From Candidatus Omnitrophota bacterium (lineage in GTDB: Bacteria > Omnitrophota > Gorgyraeia > Zapsychrales > JANLHA01), in the NCBI GenBank assembly GCA_029560465.1, contig JAKQKX010000063.1, positions 67,796 through 131,795 of the forward strand: a DNA stretch of 64,000 bases, given 5' to 3'. The position numbers and the translations under genes are program-made. The notes below the pieces were generated by a model, which saw only the letters and a program-made list of their open reading frames with translations, ran no database searches and was not told the DNA's origin. Positions 29,915 through 39,954 of this stretch are shown in pieces (position 1 is the stretch's first letter; every line of letters begins with the position of its first letter).

Positions 29915-30036
29915 TCAGCGTTTGGCTGTTGTTCTGAAGAAAAAAACGGCGTGCGGGCGGCCACCCACACACCGTAAGTAACCCGAGGATAGCATAGGAG
30001 CCAGTCCTCAGTCCTGTGTTGCGTTCTTAGTATAGC

Positions 30037-30088
30037 AAGGCACTGTCTCCTTGGCAATCGTCATCTTAAAGGAGGTGGTGCTTTTTTT
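30037..30088 (+). terminator. Intrinsic terminator or attenuator hairpin
   Basis: AAGGCACTGTCTCCTT pairs with AAGGAGGTGGTGCTTT (16 bp including GU pairs), followed by a T run. Confidence 0.7.
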
Positions 30089-30143
30089 ATGGCCGGGAGG
30101 GAATTTTGACGGGAACCAGGTTAAAACTTGAAAGGAGGATAAT

Positions 30144-31382
30144 ATGAACAGGACAGGGATCAAATACGGGCTGGCGACGGGGGTCATCATGGCGGTTATC
30201 CTGTTAGGGATTTCACCTTGTTGGGCGTATCCTTATGTCAGGGTGGACGGGCGGCGATTATTGACGGATTTTGACCGGGACGGGCGGTATGAGCCGTTTC
30301 TTGTGAAAGGGATGGGGTATTCCAACACCCCGATCGGGTCGTTCCCGTCCCAGTACGGGTTATGCTGGTACCGCGGCACGTCCGACGGGCAGCCGCAGTT
30401 TGAATGCCCAGGGGATCAGGAGTATGACAATCCGCTTCTTCTGGACCAGGACCTTCCGTTGATTAAAGACATGAATGCCAACACGATTCGGACTTGGGGG
30501 AAGGTCACGCCGGAACTTCTTAAGAAAGCTAATGAGCTGGGGCTGAAGGTCATTGCCGGTTACTGGATTCCTCATCAGCTGGATTATGTGAACGGGGACC
30601 TGGCCGCGTTGGAGAAGGACATCCTTGACTATGTCGCGGAATTCAAGGATGACCCGGCGATTTTAATGTGGGGAATTTCCAACGAGAATGAAGTGGCCTT
30701 TTGCACCTTCAAAGATGCGGGCCCCTCTTGCCGGCGGGAGGATCAGGCGGCCGCTTTTTACAAGCTTATGAATACGATTGCCCGTAAAATCAAGGAGCTG
30801 GAAGGGGAGTCGTTTCATCCGGTGATGATGGTTTCCGCTGACCTCGGGGACATCGGGGTCCATGCGGGGGATGAGGCGCTGCCTGACGTGGATGTCCACG
30901 GATGCAATGTTTATCGCGGCGGGGACTTCGGCCCCAAAGCGAACAATTTCTTCCAGCAGTATGAAAAGCGCTCCCGAAAACCGGTTTTAATCACCGAATT
31001 CGGAACGGACGCCTGGTTTGTCCTGGGAGCGGATCACCCGGAGAGAGGGAAAGAACGGCCGGACATGCAGGCTAAGTATATCGCGGAGTCTTGGGACACG
31101 ATTATGGCGTATCACGTGACCCGTGGCGGGCCGAACATCGGCGGCGTGGTGTTTCAGTATGCCGATGGATGGTGGAAATATAAAGGGGATTGGGATCCTT
31201 CTGCGGCCACGCATGATTGCGGATATACGCCGGATGTTCACGCGGGGCCGGACGGGTACATGAATGAAGAATGGTTTGGGGTGATGGCTTTGGAGCCGAA
31301 TCCTGTTCCTGGGCAACTGGACATCCTGCACCCTCGGCCGGCGTATGACGTGATCAAGGAAAAGTTTGCCGGCGAGCTTTAA
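30144..31382 (+). CDS. Secreted single-domain clan GH-A glycoside hydrolase (GH158-like)
   Basis: RBS AAGGAGG, signal peptide, SNENE, HPV, NVYRG, ITEFG, GGVVFQYADGWWK, MNEEWFG; close paralogue of 26884. Confidence 0.78.
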   Translation: MNRTGIKYGLATGVIMAVILLGISPCWAYPYVRVDGRRLLTDFDRDGRYEPFLVKGMGYSNTPIGSFPSQYGLCWYRGTSDGQPQFECPGDQEYDNPLLLDQDLPLIKDMNANTIRTWGKVTPELLKKANELGLKVIAGYWIPHQLDYVNGDLAALEKDILDYVAEFKDDPAILMWGISNENEVAFCTFKDAGPSCRREDQAAAFYKLMNTIARKIKELEGESFHPVMMVSADLGDIGVHAGDEALPDVDVHGCNVYRGGDFGPKANNFFQQYEKRSRKPVLITEFGTDAWFVLGADHPERGKERPDMQAKYIAESWDTIMAYHVTRGGPNIGGVVFQYADGWWKYKGDWDPSAATHDCGYTPDVHAGPDGYMNEEWFGVMALEPNPVPGQLDILHPRPAYDVIKEKFAGEL

Positions 31383-31446
31383 ATCCGGGGCCGGTCTGTT
31401 TAAAACAAGAAGGGTTCTGGTCAGAAACATTAAACGAGAGGAGATC

Positions 31447-31911
31447 ATGATGAAACGGTATTTAATTCTTTTAACGGCCGTGTTGGGTTTGTTTGCCGTA
31501 TCGACGGCCGCGCTGGCGCTGGATTTCGGTGATTATAAATCATCCACGCTCACGGCCAAAGCCTGGGGCGCGCTGAACAGCAAAGATTACAAGGAAGCGA
31601 TTATTTACACGGACAAATGCATTGAACTGTATTCGGATAAAGCTCGGGAGATGCAGGCTAAGATGAACGAATACCCGTCCGGGGCGACGGAGGAGATTCA
31701 CACGAATTACTGGGCGCTGAACGACGTGGCGACAAGTTTGTTCATAAAAGGGAAAGCTTTGCTTGAGCTGGGCCAGGAAGACCAAGCGAAGGATGTTTTT
31801 AAAACATTGATCGGGGAATTTACATACGGTCAATGCTGGGACCCGAATGGGCCGTGGTTCTGGGCTCCGGCCAGGGCGGCGAAAGATCAGTTGCTGGTCT
31901 TGGAAGGGTAG
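31447..31911 (+). CDS. Secreted single-copy WALND/CWDP-WFW TPR-like protein
   Basis: RBS GAGGAG, signal peptide (..AALA|LDFGDY), clear homologue of both repeats of 9741. Confidence 0.85.
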   Translation: MMKRYLILLTAVLGLFAVSTAALALDFGDYKSSTLTAKAWGALNSKDYKEAIIYTDKCIELYSDKAREMQAKMNEYPSGATEEIHTNYWALNDVATSLFIKGKALLELGQEDQAKDVFKTLIGEFTYGQCWDPNGPWFWAPARAAKDQLLVLEG

Positions 31912-31991
31912 ACAAGGGGGACGGGGGCTGATGGTGTTCAGGCGGATCCTGTTCGCGTTCGCGCCGTCAGCCCTCTGGCCTTTTTGTCGTT

Positions 31992-33968
31992 TTATGGCCC
32001 AGTGCCGTATCGTTTTATAAAATCCTCGAAATACGCCGCCACGGATGAGTTCCCGGGATACCGGCTCCGGGCCTCTTTTAACAGGGCTTCCGCCTCCTGT
32101 CCATAATGGTCTTTTTCGAGCATATGGATTAACTGAAGATATGTCCGCGGATCAGGATGGCGTTCCAGCAGTCCTTGAACAGCCCAACGATATTGTTCCA
32201 CGTTATTTTGTTTTAAATACAGCACCATCAGCCGGGTTTTTATATAAAACAGCTGGGTTGTATCCGGGTTTAATGTCAGGGCGGCTTCATAATGTTGGAT
32301 GGCTTTTTTATCTTCTCCCGAGGAACGATAAATATCAGCCAAATTTAATCTGGGGGAAAAGGATCGCGGGGCTTGTTTTATAGCTGCCAGAAAATCCTGT
32401 TGTGCAGTTTGGATGTCCCCTTCCTTAAGGTGGATGACACCGAGATTATTGAACAAATATGGCGAAGAAAAGCCTTCCTGCCGGGCCTGTGCGATCACTT
32501 CCTCCGCCTGCGCGTAATCCCCTTTTAAAGTTAAAAATGTGGCCAGGTTTTCGTATGTTCGGGGAACGCAATGATGGCCCAGCTTTAATGCGCGCCGCGC
32601 GAGATCCACCGCCTGGTCCAGCCGGCCTTCATCAGCGTAGAGCTTAGATAGGGTTATTAAAGGGATGAGGTTCTCGGGGCAAACTTTCAACCAATATTCA
32701 CAGTAACTTTTTTCTGACCTGGCTATCAAATGGTACGTCTGCGTCCAGAAAATAAAATACAGCGCCAGGAATCCCAAACACGCGTGTTTCACGAAAGGCC
32801 TTAATTTGTCAAGGACCCGGATAATCCCCGACGCGAAAAGCAAGAATAGCCCAATACTCGAAAAATACATCCAATGGGATTCAATCACCATCCCCATATA
32901 AGCATGGGTCAAACTGGCGGGAAAGACAAAAAGGCAGCCGATGCCAAACCATGCGATGGCCGGGGCGGTTATGCCCTTAGACGGTCTGTGGGTTAAGAAT
33001 AAGAAAAAGATCAATACAAGCGCGGCGAGACCGTTCCACATCCAAACACCTTGACGCATCAGAGGTACGTTGTAAATAAAGACAATTCCTTCCGGGTAAA
33101 TGAACCGTGAGATATACTGAAATATTAACTGGGTTATGGCGGCCAGATAGCTCGGGAAGGGGGGAGAAAGCAGGAGGATCCTTTGCATAAAATTTGATTC
33201 TCCCCGGCACAACCTTAGCCAGATGAACAGGTCTATCAATGAAAGGGTGAAAAAAGGAAGAAGGAATTTGACGTGAGATGCCCGGTGGTTTTTATTAATC
33301 AATTTTATAAAAATTAAAAGATAGAGGGGAAAAATGGCTGCGGCTTCAAAAAACAGGAGTCCGCAGAGAAAGGATAAAAGCCCCGCGAAGTAGTATCCCG
33401 GCTTTTTCACGGCGCTTGTCATATATTTCCAAACACATAATAAACTCGCTTGCAAGAACAGCGCGTAAAAAAACACAAAGCCGGCACTGGGCATATGGAT
33501 ATAAAACGCGTGAATGGGGTGGACGGCAAATAAGGCGGAAGCGAGAAACGCCGTTCTCCGGTCACGCGTGATAATGCCGATGAGTTTAAAGAATAAAAGC
33601 ACGTTCGCAAGAAACGCCAGCCAGATGAAGAACCGCAGCAAATGCGGGCGTGATTGAAAGCGGTGAAATAAGAACATGTTTGTCGAATAATAAAGAGGGG
33701 CGTAATGGTGCGTCTTAGGTGGGACTTGAATGAAAAAGTCTTGGGGCGTTTGAAAGACCGCCTGGTATTTCCGATCCAGAAAGTTATAATCATCAATTAA
33801 AAATTCATTGGAAAAACTGGGGGCATAAGAAAAGAAAGAAAGGGCGATCAGCAAAAGCGCCATCCCTTTCCAGGAGCACAGGGCCTGCCGTAATTTTTCA
33901 CCGATGTCCTTCATCACAGGCTTCATGGATATCCTTTTTATAAGACAAATTTTATGATAGGGTAACAC
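31992..33968 (-). CDS. TMTC-like GT-C membrane glycosyltransferase with C-terminal TPRs
   Basis: FSNEFLIDD first-loop acidic motif, LFAVHPIH, ESHWMYFS, about 11 TM helices followed by TPRs. True start may be ~33926. Confidence 0.75.
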   Translation of the reverse strand: MLPYHKICLIKRISMKPVMKDIGEKLRQALCSWKGMALLLIALSFFSYAPSFSNEFLIDDYNFLDRKYQAVFQTPQDFFIQVPPKTHHYAPLYYSTNMFLFHRFQSRPHLLRFFIWLAFLANVLLFFKLIGIITRDRRTAFLASALFAVHPIHAFYIHMPSAGFVFFYALFLQASLLCVWKYMTSAVKKPGYYFAGLLSFLCGLLFFEAAAIFPLYLLIFIKLINKNHRASHVKFLLPFFTLSLIDLFIWLRLCRGESNFMQRILLLSPPFPSYLAAITQLIFQYISRFIYPEGIVFIYNVPLMRQGVWMWNGLAALVLIFFLFLTHRPSKGITAPAIAWFGIGCLFVFPASLTHAYMGMVIESHWMYFSSIGLFLLFASGIIRVLDKLRPFVKHACLGFLALYFIFWTQTYHLIARSEKSYCEYWLKVCPENLIPLITLSKLYADEGRLDQAVDLARRALKLGHHCVPRTYENLATFLTLKGDYAQAEEVIAQARQEGFSSPYLFNNLGVIHLKEGDIQTAQQDFLAAIKQAPRSFSPRLNLADIYRSSGEDKKAIQHYEAALTLNPDTTQLFYIKTRLMVLYLKQNNVEQYRWAVQGLLERHPDPRTYLQLIHMLEKDHYGQEAEALLKEARSRYPGNSSVAAYFEDFIKRYGTGP

Positions 33969-34210
33969 ACGGACTTAAGCAAGGGATTTTCAATCAGAGG
34001 GCCAGGCTCCTGGACGACCGGGACCCCCTGTTCTCTATTGGGTGAGCGGGCGGGCGCTTCGGGCGCGGGATAACTCCCCTGGGAGAATAATCATTTTGAC
34101 AGGCGGCGTTTTTTTGGTAATATGAGAGAACCTTTCCTCAGGAAAACCTTTCCCCCGTTTCTTATATTCATTCATAATTTTATTTTCCCCCGCGGAATGG
34201 CGGAATATTT

Positions 34211-34564
34211 ATGGTCGTTCATCTGACAAGGCAGGAGCGTTTGGTTTTATGTTACCTGGTTGGCGTCCTGTCGGTGGGGACCGGGTTGCAGGGGCTGATC
34301 AAAGGACGCCCGGACACGTTGCCACGGGAACAAACTTTGCCGGGCAGGGAACCCGGTGGGAAATTGGATATTAACAGCGCGTCCGAGGAAGAGCTTGTCG
34401 GCTTGCCTTGTGTCGGCCCGGTCATGGCCCGGCGGATCATGGCTTACCGCAGGGAACACGGTCCGTTTCATGACCTTTCGCAATTAAAGGAGATTAAGGG
34501 GATCGGCCGGGTTACGTATTTCAAGCTGGGCGCGCACGTGACAATACCGGAGCCTAACCCATGA
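34211..34564 (+). CDS. comEA: ComEA-like HhH DNA-binding protein
   Basis: N-terminal TM; LDINSASEEELVGLPCVGPVMARRI..YR..HGPF..L..IKGIG. Promoter TTGACA..TAATAT at 34096-34123. Confidence 0.88.
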   Translation: MVVHLTRQERLVLCYLVGVLSVGTGLQGLIKGRPDTLPREQTLPGREPGGKLDINSASEEELVGLPCVGPVMARRIMAYRREHGPFHDLSQLKEIKGIGRVTYFKLGAHVTIPEPNP

Positions 34565-36168
34565 CAGCCCTTGTCTTTCCCCGGTGTCCTTTGCTGGGGG
34601 TCTGCGTGTGTTTTATCCTGGGGATTGTCTTGAATCAATCCTTTAAGGTCCCGTTTGCGGTTTTATTCCTGTTCACCGTGTTGTTTTTGTCCCTGAGCCT
34701 GCTCATCCGGAAGGCAACATTGGCGACTATTTTTATCCTGGTGGCTATTATTTTTTTGGGGGGGCTTTATTCCGGGAATTATCAGCTAGTCCCTTCCCGA
34801 CACGTGAGCCGTATGCCTTATAGGGATCGGGCGGGTCTTGTCATGGTGGAAGGGGTGGTGATCTCCGATGCGGAACTCAGGGGATTTTTCGGAAGGAAAA
34901 AGACCGTTTTTATTCTGGAGCTTAAACGAATTCGGTCGGAAGGGGGATGGAAAGAAACGGAGGGGCGGATCCTCGTTAATCTTTTTCGTGACGAAGACGT
35001 CCGGTATGGGGACGCCCTGCTCCTGGAGGGGGCTTTGCATCGGCCCTTTAATTTTTCTAAAAACGGCATTTTTTCTTACCGAGAGTATTTGCGGCGTCAA
35101 GGCATCCTGTTTATTTTAAGCGTTAAAAAGACGGGGCGCGTGGAGAAGTTGACGCCACGCCGGGGGCGCGTCATGACGGGGGGGATCCTTGGCCTCAAAC
35201 ACGCATTGAAGGGCATCCTTAGGAAGCATCTGCCGGACGATGAGGCCGGGATTATGCAGGCTTTCCTTTTGGGGGATCGCAGCGGCATTCCGAAAAACGT
35301 TTATGGCCTTTTTAAAGTCTCCGGGGTGGCCCACATTATCGCGATATCCGGGTTCAACATCGGCATCGTCGCGTCTGGGATATTGTTTTTCCTGAAAATG
35401 TTCCCCATTCCCCGGCGGGGGCAATATCTTTTAACCATAGCTTTGCTGATTTCCTACGCCTTCCTGACCGGCGGTCAGCCATCGGTTGTCCGGGCCACAA
35501 TTATGGCTGTTGTTTTCCTGCTTGGGTTTCTTGTTGAACGGGAGCCGGAGCCCATGAATTCTTTGGCGCTGGCCGCTTTAATCATTTTGCTGATGAATCC
35601 GTTGAATGTGTTTGATGCCGGGTTCCAGCTTTCTTTTCTCAGCGTCATCGCTATTTATCTTTTTTATTCAGGGACCCTGGATATTTTGTGCAAACTCTTT
35701 CATCGGATCGAGCCTTGGCTGGGCAACGGGAAGAAGCCGGGCGGGGCAGGGAAATTATGCGGTGTCCGGTGCTGGGTTCTGTACCATCTTCGGCAATCCC
35801 TCGCGCTTTCTTTGGCGGTCTACGCGGTGGTGGGCCCTTTGATTGCGTATTATTTCCGTTTAATAACGCCCATTGTCGTTTTTGCGAATATCGTGGTCGT
35901 TCCTTTAGCCTCGTTTTTGATATTTTTGGGGATGGGGCTTTTGCTGGTTGGTGTCCTTTTCCCGTTTGGGGCGGCCGCCTTTGCCAACTGCATTACGGTC
36001 CTGCTGAATCTTATGGTGGTGAGCGTGGGCTTCTGTGCACGGATTCCCGGGGCGTATATAGAGTTAAAAAGGGCCCCTTTGTGGGCGGTGATTGTCTATT
36101 ACGCGCTGGTGGCGTCGGTTTTCTTAACCACGCGCCTTCTTAAAAAAAAGGAGGGCCTGTCATTATAG
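34561..36168 (+). CDS. comEC: ComEC/Rec2 competence channel (DUF4131 plus Competence domain, no beta-lactamase domain)
   Basis: GVAHIIAISGFNI, PSVVRATIM, GFQLSF. Confidence 0.9.
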   Translation: MTALVFPRCPLLGVCVCFILGIVLNQSFKVPFAVLFLFTVLFLSLSLLIRKATLATIFILVAIIFLGGLYSGNYQLVPSRHVSRMPYRDRAGLVMVEGVVISDAELRGFFGRKKTVFILELKRIRSEGGWKETEGRILVNLFRDEDVRYGDALLLEGALHRPFNFSKNGIFSYREYLRRQGILFILSVKKTGRVEKLTPRRGRVMTGGILGLKHALKGILRKHLPDDEAGIMQAFLLGDRSGIPKNVYGLFKVSGVAHIIAISGFNIGIVASGILFFLKMFPIPRRGQYLLTIALLISYAFLTGGQPSVVRATIMAVVFLLGFLVEREPEPMNSLALAALIILLMNPLNVFDAGFQLSFLSVIAIYLFYSGTLDILCKLFHRIEPWLGNGKKPGGAGKLCGVRCWVLYHLRQSLALSLAVYAVVGPLIAYYFRLITPIVVFANIVVVPLASFLIFLGMGLLLVGVLFPFGAAAFANCITVLLNLMVVSVGFCARIPGAYIELKRAPLWAVIVYYALVASVFLTTRLLKKKEGLSL

Positions 36169-36322
36169 ATTCCCCTTGTATTTCACAAGAATTGGTATAC
36201 AATAAAACACAATTTTGCGAAGGAGCCCTTATGGATGTTTCTCTGGCACCGCAGATTTCATGCCTTCGCAGGATTCCCCGAGAGGCGTATTAGGATAAAG
36301 ATACCCGCAAAAAGATTGTGTT

Positions 36323-37594
36323 ATGTTTGAAGCCAAGTCTATCGCTTTAACGATATTTGTTGTTTCTTATGTCCTGTTCGCTTTCTTGAGCCACAGACGG
36401 GCCGCTGTTGCTGTTGTCGGCGCCGGTCTGCTCGTTTTATCGCGGGCCATCTCGCTGAAAGAAGCCTTTTTATCGGTCAATTGGAATGTCATGGGCATTT
36501 TTGTCGGCATGCTTGTCGTGGCGGACGTCTTTATGAAAAGCCGCGTCCCGGCCTATTTGGCGGAAGTTATTGTGGACAAGGCCAAGAGTACGGCGTGGGC
36601 CGTCTTGTCGATTTGTTTTATGACAAGTTTTATTTCCGCTTTCGTTGAGAATGTGGCCACGGTTTTGATCGTGGCTCCGGTCGCGCTGGCCTTGGCTGAA
36701 AAGCTCAAAATCAATCCCATGAATATGATGATCGCCATAGCCGTATCGAGTAATCTTCAGGGGGCGGCCACATTGATCGGGGACCCGCCCAGCATGCTTT
36801 TAGGCGGCTTTGCCAAGATGACCTTCTCGGACTTCTTTTTTTATAAGGGCAAACCGAGTATTTTTTTCGCCGTGGAATTGGGCGCGATTGTTTCTTTTTT
36901 TGTTCTTTATCATTTATTTAGGAACCATAAAGAAAAGGCGGAAAGTATCGCTCCAGAAAAAATCCAGTCTTGGGTGCCGACGTTTATTTTAGTCGCTGCT
37001 ATTTTTGTTTTAGCGGCCGCCTCTTTTTGGGACAAGGGGTTCTCTTATAGCGCCGCGGTCATATGCCTGTTCGCGGGCGCCGTGGCAATGTTATGGGAAA
37101 AATGCGTCAATAAAAGCCCTGTCATACAGGGGTTAAAATCCCTGGATTGGGACACCACCTTTTTTCTGATGGGGATTTTTATCCTGGTCGGCAGCCTGAC
37201 CTTAACGGGATGGATAGATCTTTTTTCTAATGTCTTGTCTCAACTGATCGGGGAAAGGATTTTTTTGGGTTACACCCTCATTGTGTTATTGTCGGTGGTG
37301 CTCTCGGCCTTTGTCGATAACGTTCCTTTCCTGGCGGCGATGCTTCCTGTCGCCCTCTCTGTGGCTGATAAGCTGCATAGACCCCCGGAGCTGTTCCTTT
37401 TCGGGCTGCTGATCGGAGCGAGTTTAGGCGGCAATATCACGCCCATTGGTGCTTCGGCTAATATCGTCGCCTGCGGGTTACTTAAGAAGGAGGGGTACGT
37501 CGTCAGTTTTAAAGATTTCTTAAAAATAGGGTTTCCCTTTACCATGGCGGCGGTGACAGCCGCTTATATATTTGTCTGGTTTGTTTGGAAATAA
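36323..37594 (+). CDS. ArsB/NhaD/SLC13 (IT superfamily) permease
   Basis: SAFVENV, GAATLIGDPP, SAFVDNVP, GGNITPIGASAN. Confidence 0.88.
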   Translation: MFEAKSIALTIFVVSYVLFAFLSHRRAAVAVVGAGLLVLSRAISLKEAFLSVNWNVMGIFVGMLVVADVFMKSRVPAYLAEVIVDKAKSTAWAVLSICFMTSFISAFVENVATVLIVAPVALALAEKLKINPMNMMIAIAVSSNLQGAATLIGDPPSMLLGGFAKMTFSDFFFYKGKPSIFFAVELGAIVSFFVLYHLFRNHKEKAESIAPEKIQSWVPTFILVAAIFVLAAASFWDKGFSYSAAVICLFAGAVAMLWEKCVNKSPVIQGLKSLDWDTTFFLMGIFILVGSLTLTGWIDLFSNVLSQLIGERIFLGYTLIVLLSVVLSAFVDNVPFLAAMLPVALSVADKLHRPPELFLFGLLIGASLGGNITPIGASANIVACGLLKKEGYVVSFKDFLKIGFPFTMAAVTAAYIFVWFVWK

Positions 37595-37669
37595 AAAATA
37601 ATCCAAATGCCAGGTTGTTTTCCCGTATTAAACAGTTTGTTTTTGTATTAAAAAAGGAGGTAGGAGAAA

Positions 37670-39769
37670 ATGAGCAGTTCTGGTTTTTTTATTTTAACGC
37701 CCATCTGTTCAATTGCGGCATTGGTGTTTGCGCTGTACCTTGCTTTTTCCATTATGCGCGAGGATGAGGGAAATGACAAGATGAAGGAGATCGCTTTGGC
37801 CGTGCGGCTGGGGGCGCGGGCATATCTCAAGCGCCAATATCTAGGAGTGTCCCTGTTTTTTATCGTCATGTTTATTATTTTGCTGTGGATGGCTTTTAAG
37901 AATTATGTGGTCATCTTTGTGCCTTTCGCGTTCTTAACCGGCGGATTCTTTTCAGGGCTGTCCGGATTCATCGGCATGTCGGTGGCCACGCAATCGTCCA
38001 ACCGCACCGCCGCGGCGGCCATGAAGAGCCTGAACTCGGGATTACGGGTGGCTTTCTCCAGCGGGGCGGTCATGGGATTAACCGTTGTCGGCCTGGGCCT
38101 GCTTCACCTGACGGCATGGTATTATTTTCTGGATTGGTTTTATTCCGGCCATCCGCTTCCCGCAAATATGGATAAAATTACCGCGATCACGTCAGCGATG
38201 CTGACCTTCAGCATGGGCGCCAGTTCTCTGGCGCTTTTCGCCCGGGTCGGCGGAGGGATTTTTACCAAGGCCGCGGATGTCGGCGCCGATTTGGTCGGGA
38301 AAGTCGAGGCGGGGATCCCGGAAGACGACCCGCGCAATCCTGCGGTTATCGCCGATAATGTTGGGGATAATGTCGGTGACGTCGCGGGGATGGGGGCGGA
38401 CCTCTTTGAATCTTATGTCGGGTCCATTGTCGCGACAAGCGCCCTGGGCGTTGCGGCTGGTTTAGGCGTGGCCGGAGTCACGGTCCCCATGGTCATGGCG
38501 GCCGTTGGGATCGTCGCCTCGATCATCGGCACGTTTTTCGTGAGTACAAAAGAGGACGCGACGCAACAGGCGTTGTTGGCCGCGTTGAGGAAAGGGGTTT
38601 GGGGCAGCTCCATCATAATGGCCATTGCGTCCTATTTCCTTATCCGGTGGATTTTAGGGGTGGAGCATATGGGAGTTTATTGGTCGGTTTTGGCGGGCCT
38701 TCTGGCAGGGGTCATCATCGGAGTCGTAACAGAATATTACACGTCCAGCAATTTTAAACCGACAAAATATATCGCCGAGCAATCTTTAACCGGCCCGGCA
38801 ACGGTCATCATCGCGGGTCTTTCTGTCGGGATGATGTCTACGGCGATTCCCGTTCTTGTGGTGGGAGCCGCGATCCTGGCCAGTTACTTCCTTGCCGGCG
38901 GCGCCACAAATTTTAATTCCGGCCTCTATGGTATTGCTATTTCAGGGGTTGGGATGCTTTCCACATTAGGGATTACTTTGGCCACGGACGCTTACGGGCC
39001 GGTTGCGGACAATGCCGGCGGAAACGCGGAAATGGCCGGGTTGCCTCCCGAAGTCAGGAAGAGAACGGATGCTCTGGATTCCCTGGGCAATACGACCGCA
39101 GCCACAGGAAAAGGATTTGCCATCGGATCCGCGGCGTTAACCGCTTTGGGGCTGATCGCCGCTTTTAACAGCCAGGTTGTTTTGCTGGGCAAAACAATGA
39201 ATCTTAGCTTGCTGAATCCTAACTTGCTGGTTGGTTTATTCATCGGAGGCATGCTCCCGTTTTTATTCTGTTCCATGACGATGCGTGCGGTTGGCCGGGC
39301 CGCCGGACTGATTGTCGTCGAAGTGCGCCGGCAATTTAAGGAAATCGCCGGTTTGATGCAGGGGAAGGCCAAACCTGATTATGCCCGGTGTGTGACCATC
39401 GCCACGGCTGCTGCGCAGAAGGAAATGGTTCTTCCTTCATTGCTGGCCATTGTCGCGCCTATTTTAACCGGGGTCCTGATCGGCCTGGAAGCTGAAATGG
39501 GGCTGCTGGCCGGCGCCACGGTGAGCGGCTTTGTCCTGGCCATCATGATGGCCAACTCCGGCGGGTCCTGGGATAACGCGAAAAAATATATTGAGGAAGG
39601 ACATCACGGCGGCAAAGGCTCTCAGGCTCACAAGGCCGCTGTTGTGGGAGACACGGTGGGAGATCCGTTTAAGGACACTTCGGGGCCGAGTTTGAATGTC
39701 CTTATTAAACTCATGTCGATTGTCGCGATCGTCTTTGCCTCGTTTGTTATGAGCGTCTCGTTGTTTTAA
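37670..39769 (+). CDS. hppA: K+-dependent membrane pyrophosphatase (Na+- or Na+/H+-translocating)
   Basis: [43 protein letters not shown] (Ala indicates K+ dependence), [10 protein letters not shown]. Confidence 0.95.
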   Translation: MSSSGFFILTPICSIAALVFALYLAFSIMREDEGNDKMKEIALAVRLGARAYLKRQYLGVSLFFIVMFIILLWMAFKNYVVIFVPFAFLTGGFFSGLSGFIGMSVATQSSNRTAAAAMKSLNSGLRVAFSSGAVMGLTVVGLGLLHLTAWYYFLDWFYSGHPLPANMDKITAITSAMLTFSMGASSLALFARVGGGIFTKAADVGADLVGKVEAGIPEDDPRNPAVIADNVGDNVGDVAGMGADLFESYVGSIVATSALGVAAGLGVAGVTVPMVMAAVGIVASIIGTFFVSTKEDATQQALLAALRKGVWGSSIIMAIASYFLIRWILGVEHMGVYWSVLAGLLAGVIIGVVTEYYTSSNFKPTKYIAEQSLTGPATVIIAGLSVGMMSTAIPVLVVGAAILASYFLAGGATNFNSGLYGIAISGVGMLSTLGITLATDAYGPVADNAGGNAEMAGLPPEVRKRTDALDSLGNTTAATGKGFAIGSAALTALGLIAAFNSQVVLLGKTMNLSLLNPNLLVGLFIGGMLPFLFCSMTMRAVGRAAGLIVVEVRRQFKEIAGLMQGKAKPDYARCVTIATAAAQKEMVLPSLLAIVAPILTGVLIGLEAEMGLLAGATVSGFVLAIMMANSGGSWDNAKKYIEEGHHGGKGSQAHKAAVVGDTVGDPFKDTSGPSLNVLIKLMSIVAIVFASFVMSVSLF

Positions 39770-39954
39770 ATACGGGCCGTTGGATAACAACGGAAGGCTA
39801 CGAATTTTTGCGGCGGGGAAAACGTGCCTGCCAAACGGTAAGCGTTTGGCTTGACTGGGTGGAAGGGTTGTTTTATAATCTTTCCAGCTACTCTTCTTCA
39901 ATCCCTTGAAAAGCGCCCGCGGGGTGGGTCTATAAAGGATCACGGATTTTCTGT

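Noticed and set aside
34561-36168. ComEC lacking the metallo-beta-lactamase domain
   Set aside because: This is a well-known and widespread ComEC architecture.
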